DNA of 64,000 nt, taken from Candidatus Bruticola sp. Lineage in GTDB: Bacteria > Vulcanimicrobiota > Xenobia > Xenobiales > Xenobiaceae. The DNA lies in the NCBI GenBank assembly GCA_051874735.1, contig JBJEGD010000042.1, forward strand, positions 1-64,000, in the 5' to 3' direction. A program made the position numbers and the translations under genes. The notes beneath the pieces are model-generated. The model was not told where the DNA came from and did not search any database. It saw nothing but the letters and a program-made list of their open reading frames with translations. Within the stretch, counting starts at the first letter, position 1, and the number at the start of each line of letters is the position of its first letter. Shown here one piece after another: positions 36,675 to 46,602 of the stretch.

Positions 36675-39600
36675 TTAGAGTTTAGCAGCTAGATCGTTAT
36701 TGGGGAGCTCAAACATCTCATGAGCCATGCTACTGTGCACAGGCTCTTGATCTTCCATTGAGAGCATATCAATCTCACGCCCCTCAGAATTCAAAATTTT
36801 GACATCTAAAGCCAAACTCTGCAATTCTTTGATCAGCACCTTAAATGACTCAGGGACACCAGGTTCGAGGACATTTTCACCTTTAACAATGGCCTCATAA
36901 GTTTTGACTCTGCCTAAAACATCGTCTGACTTTACGGTGAGCAACTCTTGAAGCGTATAAGCAGCACCATAAGCCTCAAGAGCCCAAACTTCCATTTCTC
37001 CAAAGCGCTGACCACCGAACTGAGCTTTACCACCTAAAGGCTGCTGAGTAATTAAGCTGTAAGGTCCAGTAGAGCGTGCGTGGATCTTGTCATCGACCAA
37101 GTGGGCCAGCTTGAGCATATAAATTTGACCAACAGTCACGCGACCATCATAGGGCTCACCAGTGCGTCCATCGTAGAGAACGGTTTTGCCGTCGACTACA
37201 ACATGTCTGCGGTAAAGTTCTATATAAGTGGCGATCTCGCGGATCTGTTCTAGGCTATAGTGCTTGCGGTGGCCGATTAAAACTTCTCCCAAGCGATCTT
37301 CCAAGCTGCGCTCGCGCAAGACTTGATTAATCTCGTTAATATCAACACCGTAGCCAACTAACTCTTTGCTGATAGCTGAAGCCAGCTGATTTGCAGGCGT
37401 TTCATCAACAATTTTCTTGAGCTCTTGGGTCGTATAAATGAGCTTAGTCTTGTTTTTAATAAACTCTTGCAAGCGCGAAATTAAGCTGGGCTCATCGAGA
37501 ACATAAACCAACTCTTCAGTATTGAGATAAACTCCCTTACGCTGCAAATCCGCCTGTAAATTAGCGGTATTCATAACGTAACGCAATTCCTGCTCAGAAG
37601 CAGAGTCGAAAACGGGAACTTCAACACGGAAGCGAGGCTGGCCAGGCTCTGAAAGCATAGCCATAGCTAATCCTAAATGAGTTTCCAAAATTTGGCCGAT
37701 GTTCATACGGGAAGGCACACCCAAAGGATTAAGCACAATCTGAACAGGGGTGCCGTCGGGCAGATAAGGCATATCTTCAATAGGCATAACCCTGGAAACT
37801 ACACCCTTATTTCCGTGACGGCCGGCCATTTTGTCGCCCTGCATAATTTTACGCTTCTGAGCCACGTAAACACGCACCAGCTTATTAACGCCAGGCTTCA
37901 ACTCATTCTTTTTGCCGCTGCCCTCTTCGTCTTCACGGTTGAAAACTTTGACGTCGATGACTTTGCCCTTTTGACCGTGAGGCACCTTCAAAGATGTATC
38001 GCGGACGTCGCGGGCCTTCTCACCAAAGATAGCTCTAAGCAGACGCTCCTCAGCTGTAAGCTCCGTCTCACCCTTAGGAGTGACTTTACCCACCAAAATA
38101 TCTTCAGTATTAACCTCAGCGCCAATGCGTACAATACCGTCTTCATCGAGATCTTTGAGGGCATCCTCACCCACGCTGGGAATATCACGAGTAATCTCTT
38201 CCGCTCCCAACTTGGTGTCTCGAGCTTCGCACTCATGCTCTTCAATGTGAATAGAAGTGAATACGTCGTCACGAGCAACCTCTTCGCTAAGCAGGATAGC
38301 GTCTTCGTAGTTATAGCCTTCCCAAGGCATAAACGCTACCAGAACGTTACGTCCTAAAGCCAGCTCACCGTTGACAGAAGACGCACCGTCAGCCAAAACG
38401 CTGCGCACGTCAACACGCTGTCCTAAATTGACTGCAGGGCGCTGGTTAATACAAGTTCCCGCATTGGATCGTTTGAACTTGCGCAGAGGATAAACGTGTT
38501 CCTGTCCCTGTTCATCAGTGACTGTAACGGAAGTAGCGCAAACAGCACTCACATAGCCTTTGTGTTTGGAAACTACCAAAGCTCCGGAGTCTGTAGCCGC
38601 TCTATACTCCATACCAGTACCGACAATAGGTGCCTGAGGAGAAAGCAGGGGAACGGCCTGACGCTGCATGTTAGCTCCCATGAGAGCTCGGTTGGCGTCG
38701 TCATGCTCCAAGAAGGGAATCAGAGCTGTAGCTACAGAGACAATCTGCTTAGGAGTTACATCCATGAAGTCAACTTCTTCACGAGAAACTACTGTCGTCT
38801 CTTTTTTACCGCGTTTGCGGCGCACAACTACGCGATCGTCGATAATATTGCTGCGCTCATCAAGGCGCGTATTGGCCTGGCAAATAACAAATTCATCTTC
38901 AACATCGGCATCTTGGTACTGAATGTTATCTGTAACGTGAACTCGCACAGAAGGTTTTATATCATGAGCGACAAGATCGTCGTAATCTTTGCGTTCAAGT
39001 ACCTCACCGCTGTGGAAAACAGTTCCTGTCACGGGATGAACGACATCTCGAGAAAGAATAAGATCGACCTTGCGATACGGAGCTTCAATAAATCCGAAGG
39101 AATTTACCCGACCATACGTAGCTAAAGAACCGATCAAACCGATATTGGGGCCTTCAGGAGTCTCAATAGGACAGATACGACCATAGTGAGAGTCATGGAC
39201 ATCGCGGACTTCGAAACCGGCACGCTCACGGGAAAGACCGCCGGGGCCCAAAGCAGACAGACGGCGCTTGTGTGTGAGTTCAGCCAGCATATTAGTCTGG
39301 TCCATAAACTGGGACAACTGAGAAGAGCCAAAGAACTCTTTAATAGCGGCCGTTACTGGACGAGTGTTAATGAGTAGCTGCGGAGTAATAGTTTCTATAT
39401 CCTGCACAGACATACGCTCGCGGACTACGCGCTCCAAACGAAGCAGTCCAACTCGGAACTGATTCTGAAGCAATTCACCCACGCCGCGGATACGACGGTT
39501 GCCTAAGTGGTCTATGTCGTCGTGTTTAACTAAAACGTCAAAGCTGCCTTCACCACAAGCTTTTAATTTGAAGACTCCATTTTCAAGGTAAAGGGGCAGT

Positions 39601-40670
39601 CCTTCATTTAAGCTAATGGAAGCTGATTTATCATCTTTCTTACTACCCTCTTCTTGACGGCGATAGGCATCGGCCTTCATAAGAGCAAGAACGTAGCGAA
39701 CAACAGCAACCACATCGTCTTTTCTCAGAATGGACGGATATTCTAAATGTTGACCGCACTCGCAGCACTCTTCTTTATCGGGCATATTGTAAGCACCGCA
39801 GTTGGTACAAACTATTTTTTGTCCGAGCTTGCGAGCTAAACGATAACTGCCGACCCTAGCTAAATCGTAGCGTTTGCGCTCAAAGAATAAATTATTTAAG
39901 AGCGTGCGGGCACTCTCTTGAGAGGGCTGCTCGCCTGGGCGCTGTTTTTTATAAATTTCTAAGAGAGCGTCTTCAACACTTTCTACAGTATCTTTTTCAA
40001 GAGTTTTTTCCAGCAGAGGCTCATAATTGAAGAGAGCCCTGATATCGTCATTGCTTTCATACTCTAAAGCGCGCAGCAGTACGGTGGCAGGCAGCTTGCG
40101 GGCCTTATCGATACGCACATAAATAACGCCCGAGGTATCAGTTTCAAACTCCATCCAGGCACCGCGGTTGGGAATGACTACAGCAGACCAGGTAGAACGG
40201 CCGGTATCAGGATCTTCATGGTGTTGATAATAAATGCCTGGAGAGCGCACCAACTGGCTGACAATAACTCGCTCAGCACCATTAATAATAAAAGTTCCGC
40301 GATCAGTCATAGCAGGGAAATCGCCAATAAAGATCTCCTGCTCTCTAGCTTCGCGCACTTCACCGTTCTCTTTAGTAGTCAAACGAACCTTGACTTTTAA
40401 AGGATAAGCGTAAGTGGCATCTTTATCACGGCATTTCTCAACCGACTGGGGCGGTTCGTCTAATTTATGCTCAAGGAATTCCAGCACTAAGTTGCCGGTA
40501 AAATCCTCAATTGGAGATATATCTTTAAAGGTATCGTCCATACCTTTTTTTAGAAAGCGGTCGTAAGACGAGCACTGGAGTTCAATTAAATAAGGAAGCT
40601 CCATTACCGGCGGAATTTTTTGAAAAGATATACGCCCTGTGGCCTCGTTCTTGTGTCGAAGAAACGACAT
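36675..40670 (-). CDS. rpoB: DNA-directed RNA polymerase beta subunit (with lineage-specific insertions)
   Basis: [65 protein letters not shown]; ATG at 40670 follows AGGAGG. Confidence 0.99.
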   Translation of the reverse strand: MSFLRHKNEATGRISFQKIPPVMELPYLIELQCSSYDRFLKKGMDDTFKDISPIEDFTGNLVLEFLEHKLDEPPQSVEKCRDKDATYAYPLKVKVRLTTKENGEVREAREQEIFIGDFPAMTDRGTFIINGAERVIVSQLVRSPGIYYQHHEDPDTGRSTWSAVVIPNRGAWMEFETDTSGVIYVRIDKARKLPATVLLRALEYESNDDIRALFNYEPLLEKTLEKDTVESVEDALLEIYKKQRPGEQPSQESARTLLNNLFFERKRYDLARVGSYRLARKLGQKIVCTNCGAYNMPDKEECCECGQHLEYPSILRKDDVVAVVRYVLALMKADAYRRQEEGSKKDDKSASISLNEGLPLYLENGVFKLKACGEGSFDVLVKHDDIDHLGNRRIRGVGELLQNQFRVGLLRLERVVRERMSVQDIETITPQLLINTRPVTAAIKEFFGSSQLSQFMDQTNMLAELTHKRRLSALGPGGLSRERAGFEVRDVHDSHYGRICPIETPEGPNIGLIGSLATYGRVNSFGFIEAPYRKVDLILSRDVVHPVTGTVFHSGEVLERKDYDDLVAHDIKPSVRVHVTDNIQYQDADVEDEFVICQANTRLDERSNIIDDRVVVRRKRGKKETTVVSREEVDFMDVTPKQIVSVATALIPFLEHDDANRALMGANMQRQAVPLLSPQAPIVGTGMEYRAATDSGALVVSKHKGYVSAVCATSVTVTDEQGQEHVYPLRKFKRSNAGTCINQRPAVNLGQRVDVRSVLADGASSVNGELALGRNVLVAFMPWEGYNYEDAILLSEEVARDDVFTSIHIEEHECEARDTKLGAEEITRDIPSVGEDALKDLDEDGIVRIGAEVNTEDILVGKVTPKGETELTAEERLLRAIFGEKARDVRDTSLKVPHGQKGKVIDVKVFNREDEEGSGKKNELKPGVNKLVRVYVAQKRKIMQGDKMAGRHGNKGVVSRVMPIEDMPYLPDGTPVQIVLNPLGVPSRMNIGQILETHLGLAMAMLSEPGQPRFRVEVPVFDSASEQELRYVMNTANLQADLQRKGVYLNTEELVYVLDEPSLISRLQEFIKNKTKLIYTTQELKKIVDETPANQLASAISKELVGYGVDINEINQVLRERSLEDRLGEVLIGHRKHYSLEQIREIATYIELYRRHVVVDGKTVLYDGRTGEPYDGRVTVGQIYMLKLAHLVDDKIHARSTGPYSLITQQPLGGKAQFGGQRFGEMEVWALEAYGAAYTLQELLTVKSDDVLGRVKTYEAIVKGENVLEPGVPESFKVLIKELQSLALDVKILNSEGREIDMLSMEDQEPVHSSMAHEMFELPNNDLAAKL

Positions 40671-41112
40671 TCGAGAAGATCCTCCTCTGCGCAATTAGCT
40701 GACATATTCCCCACGCCCGGCAAAGGCGGAGGATTCTTAGATATTAACGAGCTCAGCCGCAAAAACAAATCGGACAGGCTCTCTCTAAATAGATGATGCC
40801 CCATCTATGCTAACTTTCAGCACCAGCGCTGTGCGATTAAGTCTGCAATTAGGCAGAGCCAGAGACAGCGCCTTGGTTGAAGCATGAAAACAGCAGAAAC
40901 CGCTGCTAAGTCCAATCAAAGAACAAAAAGAGCGCACACCAACCAGCAGTCGGCGCGTAAGCTCTTCTTATCCTAATTTATAGATATATATCAAGCAAAA
41001 CTTGTTCCGAGCTTTTTATCGATACTCAACCCATACAGATCGGCCTGCAATGCCAACCCCGCGGAGGCTTAACAGCCTCATGAAGGTATCTTATCCTTCT
41101 ATCGCGCATGAT

Positions 41113-41141
41113 ATACTACAACAATAAAAATTTAAAGTCAA
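41113..41141 (-). promoter_or_regulatory. Sigma70-type promoter for rpoBC
   Basis: Minus strand TTGACT-N17-TAGTAT about 440 nt upstream of the rpoB start. Confidence 0.6.
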
Positions 41142-41249
41142 GTTCGGTCAACAGCTAATAGTTCCATGGTTTTTCGCCCAAACAAATCTCAACTTTTAGT
41201 TGAAATAATTGTCTAAATATAATTCCAGCTAGTTTATCTGCCTTTTTTT

Positions 41250-41258
41250 TGTTATAAT
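41250..41258 (+). promoter_or_regulatory. Extended -10 element upstream of the GapR-like gene
   Basis: TGTTATAAT (TGnTATAAT). Confidence 0.5.
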
Positions 41259-41335
41259 TCCCCGGCATCGTTTAGGGGGAAAGCAGAGGATATGAATTCT
41301 CGGCGCAGCCTCTGCAATTTTTTGGAGGGAAAAGA

Positions 41336-41620
41336 ATGGAAGAAAACCGCACGAATTTGGAGCACTTAGAAGGAACAGATGCTAAGCTGGCCGCTATTGT
41401 CGAGCGGATAGAAGCTTTGGAAGAAGAAAAAGCTGGTATTGCTCAAGACATTAAAGATGTTTATGCTGAAGCAAAAATTGAAGGCTTCGACGTCAAAGTT
41501 CTGCGCCGCATTATCAGCCTACGCAAAATGGAGCCTCAAGAAAGGGAAGAGCAAGAGAGCCTCCTATCTCTGTACATGCAGGCTTTAGGCATGTATGCCA
41601 ATCAGCAGCAGTCGAACTAA
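41336..41620 (+). CDS. gapR: GapR/DUF2312 (UPF0335) nucleoid-associated DNA-binding protein
   Basis: [69 protein letters not shown]; SD GGAGG. Confidence 0.92.
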   Translation: MEENRTNLEHLEGTDAKLAAIVERIEALEEEKAGIAQDIKDVYAEAKIEGFDVKVLRRIISLRKMEPQEREEQESLLSLYMQALGMYANQQQSN

Positions 41621-41773
41621 TATACTTATAGAAGAGGACTAGAGCTTACATGGTTAAATGATTTGCTTATCCTTTACTTCAGCTAATTAAGCTAAGTGCA
41701 GCCGCAGCTGTTTTACACTTATAGTTAAGTATAAGTGTCCTAGAATTGCCGTGACCGCCACATTGTAAAAACG

Positions 41774-41801
41774 TTGACATTTTTAATGATATTGATATAA
41801 T
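41774..41801 (+). promoter_or_regulatory. Consensus sigma70 promoter of the tRNA gene
   Basis: TTGACA-N16-TATAAT with extended -10 TG. Confidence 0.85.
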
Positions 41802-41819
41802 GAGCGTGCTTGTTTATGT

Positions 41820-41896
41820 CGAGGCGTAGCGCAGCCTGGCAGCGCGCAACGTTCGGGACGTTGAGGTCGGAGGTTCAAATCCTCTCGCCTCGACCA
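41820..41896 (+). tRNA. tRNA-Pro (anticodon CGG)
   Basis: 77 nt; acceptor stem CGAGGCG/CGCCTCG, anticodon arm CAACG-TTCGGGA-CGTTG, T-loop GTTCAAAT, encoded CCA. Confidence 0.97.
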
Positions 41897-41908
41897 CACA
41901 GCGGATAG

Positions 41909-41951
41909 AAGCGGAGCGATCAGATTGTTTTCTGGTTCCTCTGCTTTTTTT
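41909..41951 (+). terminator. Terminator after tRNA-Pro
   Basis: Imperfect stem AAGCGGAG..TCAGA/TCTGG..CTCTGCTT followed by a T-run. Confidence 0.6.
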
Positions 41952-42071
41952 GTTTAAATATGCGCACACAAAAAAATTTTCCAGCCTCAAAATCAGCTTT
42001 TCCCAAGCGATTTGTCAGCTGGAAAATTTGCAGCAGCTCAAACAAAGCGGCGCCCCTAAGATTGCACTTGA

Positions 42072-42977
42072 TTACACTTGAATATCAATAACCTCTTCAG
42101 GATCTACCGTTTCGAAATTTCTATGCTTAGCCGGTAAAATTTCCATTAACCGCTTCATAATAGGCAAACGAAAGGCGGACGTGTCCTCTATAATTCTGTG
42201 TTCAAAAGGCCGAACTGCCGTTCTTATATAAGGTTTTATAATTTCCTCAATCTGACTGAAACGCACGACCACATTTTCAGCTTCCCCAGCTGGAAAACGT
42301 CCGAAAATAAGTTTTCCCGGTTTGCTCAAAACTACGGCATCAACATCGGGCAAGACCGTAGGTTCCATTTCAGTCCAAAATATAGAGCGGAATATTTGCT
42401 GACGAGATAGTTTATTTCGCAGCAGAACTATACGCGGCACATAAATATTGCGGCCGTTGTAGCGCTTAGTCAACTGAGAGCGAGCGTTAGCGTACGCCCA
42501 CATGGCATCCATCTGTTCAGGAGGGAAATAGTGCGGTAGTTCATCGTCGCCCATAGACATACGGTGAATAGTTCGCTTGTTTTGTTCATTCCAGAGAACC
42601 TGCAGCTGAGCTCCATCCGGCTTTTCTATAACCTGACCATTAGGCGCATATATCCAATATTTGGTATTTTTGCAGAACTGAGCCAGTATGGGAAGACTTT
42701 CGCGAGCGATAAAACTAGGGCAGACACAAGGCACGCTCACACTCAGGCCGGTTTCATAAGCACAGAAGTTAATTACTCCAGCCCCAGGAGCTTTGCAGAC
42801 GAAATCAAAAGAAACTAAAGTTTCCGGATTAATGTATTCGGCACTCCATAAGGCTCCACGAGCTCCGCCTTCAGAGAACTCGATATTAGGAGAAAGGGCG
42901 GCGACCTGCTGCTTAAGTTCTTCTGGGGTGGGACGCTTCTCCGACGTTGATACTAAAATATCCAAATCGAAACCCAA
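42072..42977 (-). CDS. Hypothetical protein
   Basis: 301-aa ORF, TTG start after GGAGGT; alpha/beta composition; no motif recognised. Confidence 0.75.
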   Translation of the reverse strand: MGFDLDILVSTSEKRPTPEELKQQVAALSPNIEFSEGGARGALWSAEYINPETLVSFDFVCKAPGAGVINFCAYETGLSVSVPCVCPSFIARESLPILAQFCKNTKYWIYAPNGQVIEKPDGAQLQVLWNEQNKRTIHRMSMGDDELPHYFPPEQMDAMWAYANARSQLTKRYNGRNIYVPRIVLLRNKLSRQQIFRSIFWTEMEPTVLPDVDAVVLSKPGKLIFGRFPAGEAENVVVRFSQIEEIIKPYIRTAVRPFEHRIIEDTSAFRLPIMKRLMEILPAKHRNFETVDPEEVIDIQV

Positions 42978-43192
42978 AATTCATACCTCCAGAATAAAAC
43001 TTTCCTTAAACTTCTACTTTTGTTTTTTATTAGGTTAAACCTCCCGCCCAAAGAAATCATATTCAAAAATGCTTTTACGGCTAAACGTCCTTACAGTTAT
43101 AAACATTCAAAAAGAAGGGCCTAGGACAGCCAGACAAGAAGAGTTCCCTTCCAAATAACTATAGAGGCGTCTGTAAGAGGTAGATACAGTTT

Positions 43193-44374
43193 ATGACCGC
43201 TTTCAATTTCAAACAGTACTTATCTATTGCCGGAACTTTAGCAGTGCTTTCTTGTACTGCTCCCTTTATATCTCCGGTACAAGCTGAAAATGCCGGGGAT
43301 AGCGGAAGTATAACTATATACAAAGCTTCAGAAACTGAATCGCAGCCTAACGATGATGCGCATAAATTGGGTATTGACGAATCTTCCGCCTCCTCCACTA
43401 CAGAAGCATCACCTGCTCAAAAGACTTCGGAACCTGAGAACCATGAAAAAATGGGGGAAACATCTCCAGACTATACAAACGACGAGCAGCCAATTTTTGA
43501 TATGCGCGGCGACGACGGCGTACTCATGGACTTCCGCCCCAGCGGCATCTCTTTTCTTAGCCAGAATAGACTCTTAGTATGCGACGAAAATAGTCAGCAG
43601 ATGCATATATTTGACACTGAAGGACGACGCTTCCGCCGTTTAGAAGTGCCACGTGTCTTTTCTCAGCCCCGCTATACAGGTTTATGCAACTTAGAAGATA
43701 ATAAGTTCTTTGTTATAGGCAGTCATCACCACATAAATAACAATACTCGCTTTCTTTGGGCTCGAGGTGTGCTGCATTATTATGAACTGCGCGGAGAACG
43801 CTTTACCGATAACTCTTCAGTGAACAATTACGATCCAGATACAGCTTGGAGAAACACTGGCTTTTTTGGTGAGAGTGCTAAACAACGCTTAAAAGTAGAA
43901 GGCATCGCTTGCAATCCCGTAGACGATGCACTTTATTTTGCCCTTTCCCAACCAGTTAACCCGGATGAGAGCGTAATTGTTTATAAAACTTCTCTCAACC
44001 AAGTTATCGAAAAAAAGAAAAAGATCAGTTTTGAAGTTCTTAAAACTAACTTAAAACCTGGTCTAGACGCTTCTTTAAATGAGCCCTTTATTTTAACGGA
44101 TATATACTATTTGCAGGACAAGGGACTCCTCTTCCTGCTCTCTTCTAGAACTACCGACGAAAGATTCAGCGGTACCAGCCAAATTTGGTACCAACCCGAC
44201 GGCTCAGAAGAGGCCCGCCTCGTCGCCGATGAAATAGCTCCGGGCAACTTCGGTTCTGGTTTAGCCGCTTTCAAAATAGGCAACGCCTATAACATAGGCA
44301 TAGTATTTGATAACAATCCATCCCAGAATGACACACCATCGCGCTTCATGCTTTTAGAAAACGTCGACATTTAA
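43193..44374 (+). CDS. Secreted beta-propeller-like protein
   Basis: Signal peptide ending VQA-E; blade-like motifs RPSGISFLSQNRLLVCDE, KVEGIACNPVDDALYFAL, GSGLAAF. Confidence 0.7.
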   Translation: MTAFNFKQYLSIAGTLAVLSCTAPFISPVQAENAGDSGSITIYKASETESQPNDDAHKLGIDESSASSTTEASPAQKTSEPENHEKMGETSPDYTNDEQPIFDMRGDDGVLMDFRPSGISFLSQNRLLVCDENSQQMHIFDTEGRRFRRLEVPRVFSQPRYTGLCNLEDNKFFVIGSHHHINNNTRFLWARGVLHYYELRGERFTDNSSVNNYDPDTAWRNTGFFGESAKQRLKVEGIACNPVDDALYFALSQPVNPDESVIVYKTSLNQVIEKKKKISFEVLKTNLKPGLDASLNEPFILTDIYYLQDKGLLFLLSSRTTDERFSGTSQIWYQPDGSEEARLVADEIAPGNFGSGLAAFKIGNAYNIGIVFDNNPSQNDTPSRFMLLENVDI

Positions 44375-44381
44375 AGCGCAT

Positions 44382-44954
44382 TTGAGGAATAAAATTATTA
44401 TGACAGATGCCCAAGTATCATCTATTGAGCAGGTTGCTACCCCCGATAATAATCAGCGTGAGTGGTATGCTGACGGCTTGAAGTTTACCTGCCAGCGATG
44501 CGGACGATGTTGTTCTGGCCCTTCTGGAATAGTGCAGTGTACTCGCGAAGAAGCTGAAGCGATGCTCAAAGAACTAAATATGGATTGGTCTGAATTCCTC
44601 AATTCCGTAGCTTGCGAATATGAAGGGCAGCTTTATATAAGAGAAGTACGCTGCAAATACGGCTTTGACTGCGTACTTTTAGAACGCAACAAAAACGATC
44701 GACGCGCTCCTACCGGCTGTATGGTCAGGAATTCGCGTCCAATGCAATGCAGAACTTGGCCTTTCTGGTCAGAGGTGATTTACTCTCCCAAAACTTGGAA
44801 GTTAGCCTCAAAACGCTGTCCCGGAATAGGCGTGGGCGAGCTTCATTCTGCGGAGGAGATAAAACGCAAAGCGCAAGAAACTTCAGATCCAGTCGGCGCT
44901 CCCCCAGAAGAGATGAGCCGCGCTGCCCGTCTGCAGCGCGGCTCATCGAAATAG
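44382..44954 (+). CDS. YkgJ-family cysteine cluster (CxxCxxCC) protein
   Basis: WYADGLKFTCQRCGRCC, DCVLL, RPMQCRTWPFW, CPGIG. Confidence 0.9.
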   Translation: MRNKIIMTDAQVSSIEQVATPDNNQREWYADGLKFTCQRCGRCCSGPSGIVQCTREEAEAMLKELNMDWSEFLNSVACEYEGQLYIREVRCKYGFDCVLLERNKNDRRAPTGCMVRNSRPMQCRTWPFWSEVIYSPKTWKLASKRCPGIGVGELHSAEEIKRKAQETSDPVGAPPEEMSRAARLQRGSSK

Positions 44955-45012
44955 AGCTAAACGGTAAATTCTGAGAGCAATTAGGCAATCTAATTCAGCC
45001 CTTGATGCTTTT

Positions 45013-45384
45013 TTAGTACCAAATTTTCCTAGCATCAATAGATCTATCCCAATCCCGTCCTCCGTGTACCTTGATCACAACTCCTTTCTTGATTTCTCCA
45101 AAAAATTCAGACCAGTTGACCTTATCGCAGCGGAACTGACTTTCATCTGTATCAGAATGAGTGAGCTTCATCATTTCTGTGTTATGCTTGATATACACCC
45201 AGTTCTGCACCCTGTTAGGGTCAGCATCGAGTTCGGCAATACCTAAGCGCTGCTGAGCTTTATCAATAACTACAACCCTGTAATCACCGGTAGTTAGAAC
45301 AATTTGAGCGTTTGCTTCCTGAAGACCGCAAGCTAAAAATACTAATGCGGCTAAAAATACGAAATATTTCGCGATTTTTTCCAT
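45013..45384 (-). CDS. Small secreted beta-rich protein
   Basis: Signal peptide ending ANA-Q; beta-strand pattern ending IDARKIWY. Confidence 0.7.
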   Translation of the reverse strand: MEKIAKYFVFLAALVFLACGLQEANAQIVLTTGDYRVVVIDKAQQRLGIAELDADPNRVQNWVYIKHNTEMMKLTHSDTDESQFRCDKVNWSEFFGEIKKGVVIKVHGGRDWDRSIDARKIWY

Positions 45385-45728
45385 GAGGTTCTCTCCTACC
45401 TATACCCATTATTTACATGTAGTGAAATATATTTCGCTCTTCTTTGTTTGCAATCTAAATTTCTCAAAATGAACGAGAAAAAAACAGCCGACTTTTCGGC
45501 AGCCGTTTATCCTTATCCCTCTTAAGCAGGATTTAATAACTAAGGCTCGCAGATATACAGACGGCAGTATTGCCGCGACATAAAATATAAAATAAGAGAG
45601 CGGGGTGGCTCTCAGCTTTTTCAGAAAAATACTAGTACACAAAAATTACGGCTAGGCGGATGATAAGGCTTTATCAGACTGCCAAACTACTAGTAACATA
45701 GTAAGTTTTTATTAGGCGGTGCGTTTTT

Positions 45729-46202
45729 ATGGCAAATTATCCCTGCGCAGAATGCGGTTCTATGGTAGAAACTGCCGGCCTTGGCGCTTGTAAAAAATGC
45801 GGAAGCAAGAAACCCTTTAAGTGCAGCAAGTGTGGCAAACAAGTGGGTCTGGATTATGTTTACAAACCAGATAAGTTAACTTTCAGCGGCAAGCCTCTGT
45901 ATTGTCTTGATTGCGGAGCCGATGTAGAGCAAGTGCCCTGCGCTCGCTGCGGCAAAACCTTAATACGTTCAACAGGTGTAGAGCGTCCAGTTGACGGCGT
46001 AATTAAGGTCTATCACAAAGAGTGTATTGAACAGCAGAGCAAAATATACAAATATGTTATGCCTATTATCGTAATAGTTGGAGCTATTACCATAGGTTAT
46101 GCTGCTTATATGATTCTCCATAGCCTGGGAGGAGCAGTACTTGGCGCCCTCATTGGCGCTACATTGGGTAAAGTTGGAGCAGATAAATATCTGCCTAACT
46201 AA
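45729..46202 (+). CDS. Membrane protein with three predicted Zn-finger units
   Basis: Five CxxC plus one HxxC motif, followed by two TM helices. Confidence 0.8.
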   Translation: MANYPCAECGSMVETAGLGACKKCGSKKPFKCSKCGKQVGLDYVYKPDKLTFSGKPLYCLDCGADVEQVPCARCGKTLIRSTGVERPVDGVIKVYHKECIEQQSKIYKYVMPIIVIVGAITIGYAAYMILHSLGGAVLGALIGATLGKVGADKYLPN

Positions 46203-46214
46203 ATAGGCAAAAAT

Positions 46215-46260
46215 AAAAAAAAGCAGCCCCCTTCCTAAAGTCGGAATAGGGGGCTATTTT
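46215..46260. terminator. Bidirectional terminator between convergent genes
   Basis: A-run, AGCCCCC-TTCC...GGAA-TA-GGGGGCT, then ATTTT. Confidence 0.65.
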
Positions 46261-46280
46261 GTATTTAGAGAAATTATGAT

Positions 46281-46589
46281 TTATTCAGAAAGCTCTTTGG
46301 GAACAACACCCAAACAATGCAGACGCGCCATCGACTCTATAAAATATTCTTTACTACCCGGCTCAAGTTCTTCCCAAATGTAGGTAAATACCTTATCGGC
46401 AGCTCCTAAAGCACGACGCACTCGACGGCTCTGATTAAAATAACTGTTCAGCCTCCTGTTCAAGCCTACATCAGGGCATTCAACTTTTATACCTTCTTCA
46501 TCGCTGAAACTAACAGTCCCTAAGGGGAACTCCCCCAGTTTACGTCCATCGCGAGCCATAACTAAAGGATACAAGGCATATTCCATCAT
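46281..46589 (-). CDS. Small hypothetical protein co-transcribed with the 503-aa ORF
   Basis: 102 aa, SD GGAGAGGT, 13 nt after the upstream stop. Confidence 0.7.
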   Translation of the reverse strand: MMEYALYPLVMARDGRKLGEFPLGTVSFSDEEGIKVECPDVGLNRRLNSYFNQSRRVRRALGAADKVFTYIWEELEPGSKEYFIESMARLHCLGVVPKELSE

Positions 46590-46602
46590 TTATGAACCTC
46601 TC

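Noticed and set aside
37200-37590. Intein in RpoB
   Set aside because: No N-terminal Cys/Ser block, no C-terminal HN-[CST] and no LAGLIDADG motif
37677-39125. Long plus-strand ORFs (226 and 209 aa) antisense to rpoB, and similar ones opposite rpoC, dnaE, ppdK and fla genes
   Set aside because: Typical antisense shadows of codon-biased genes with no recognisable motifs
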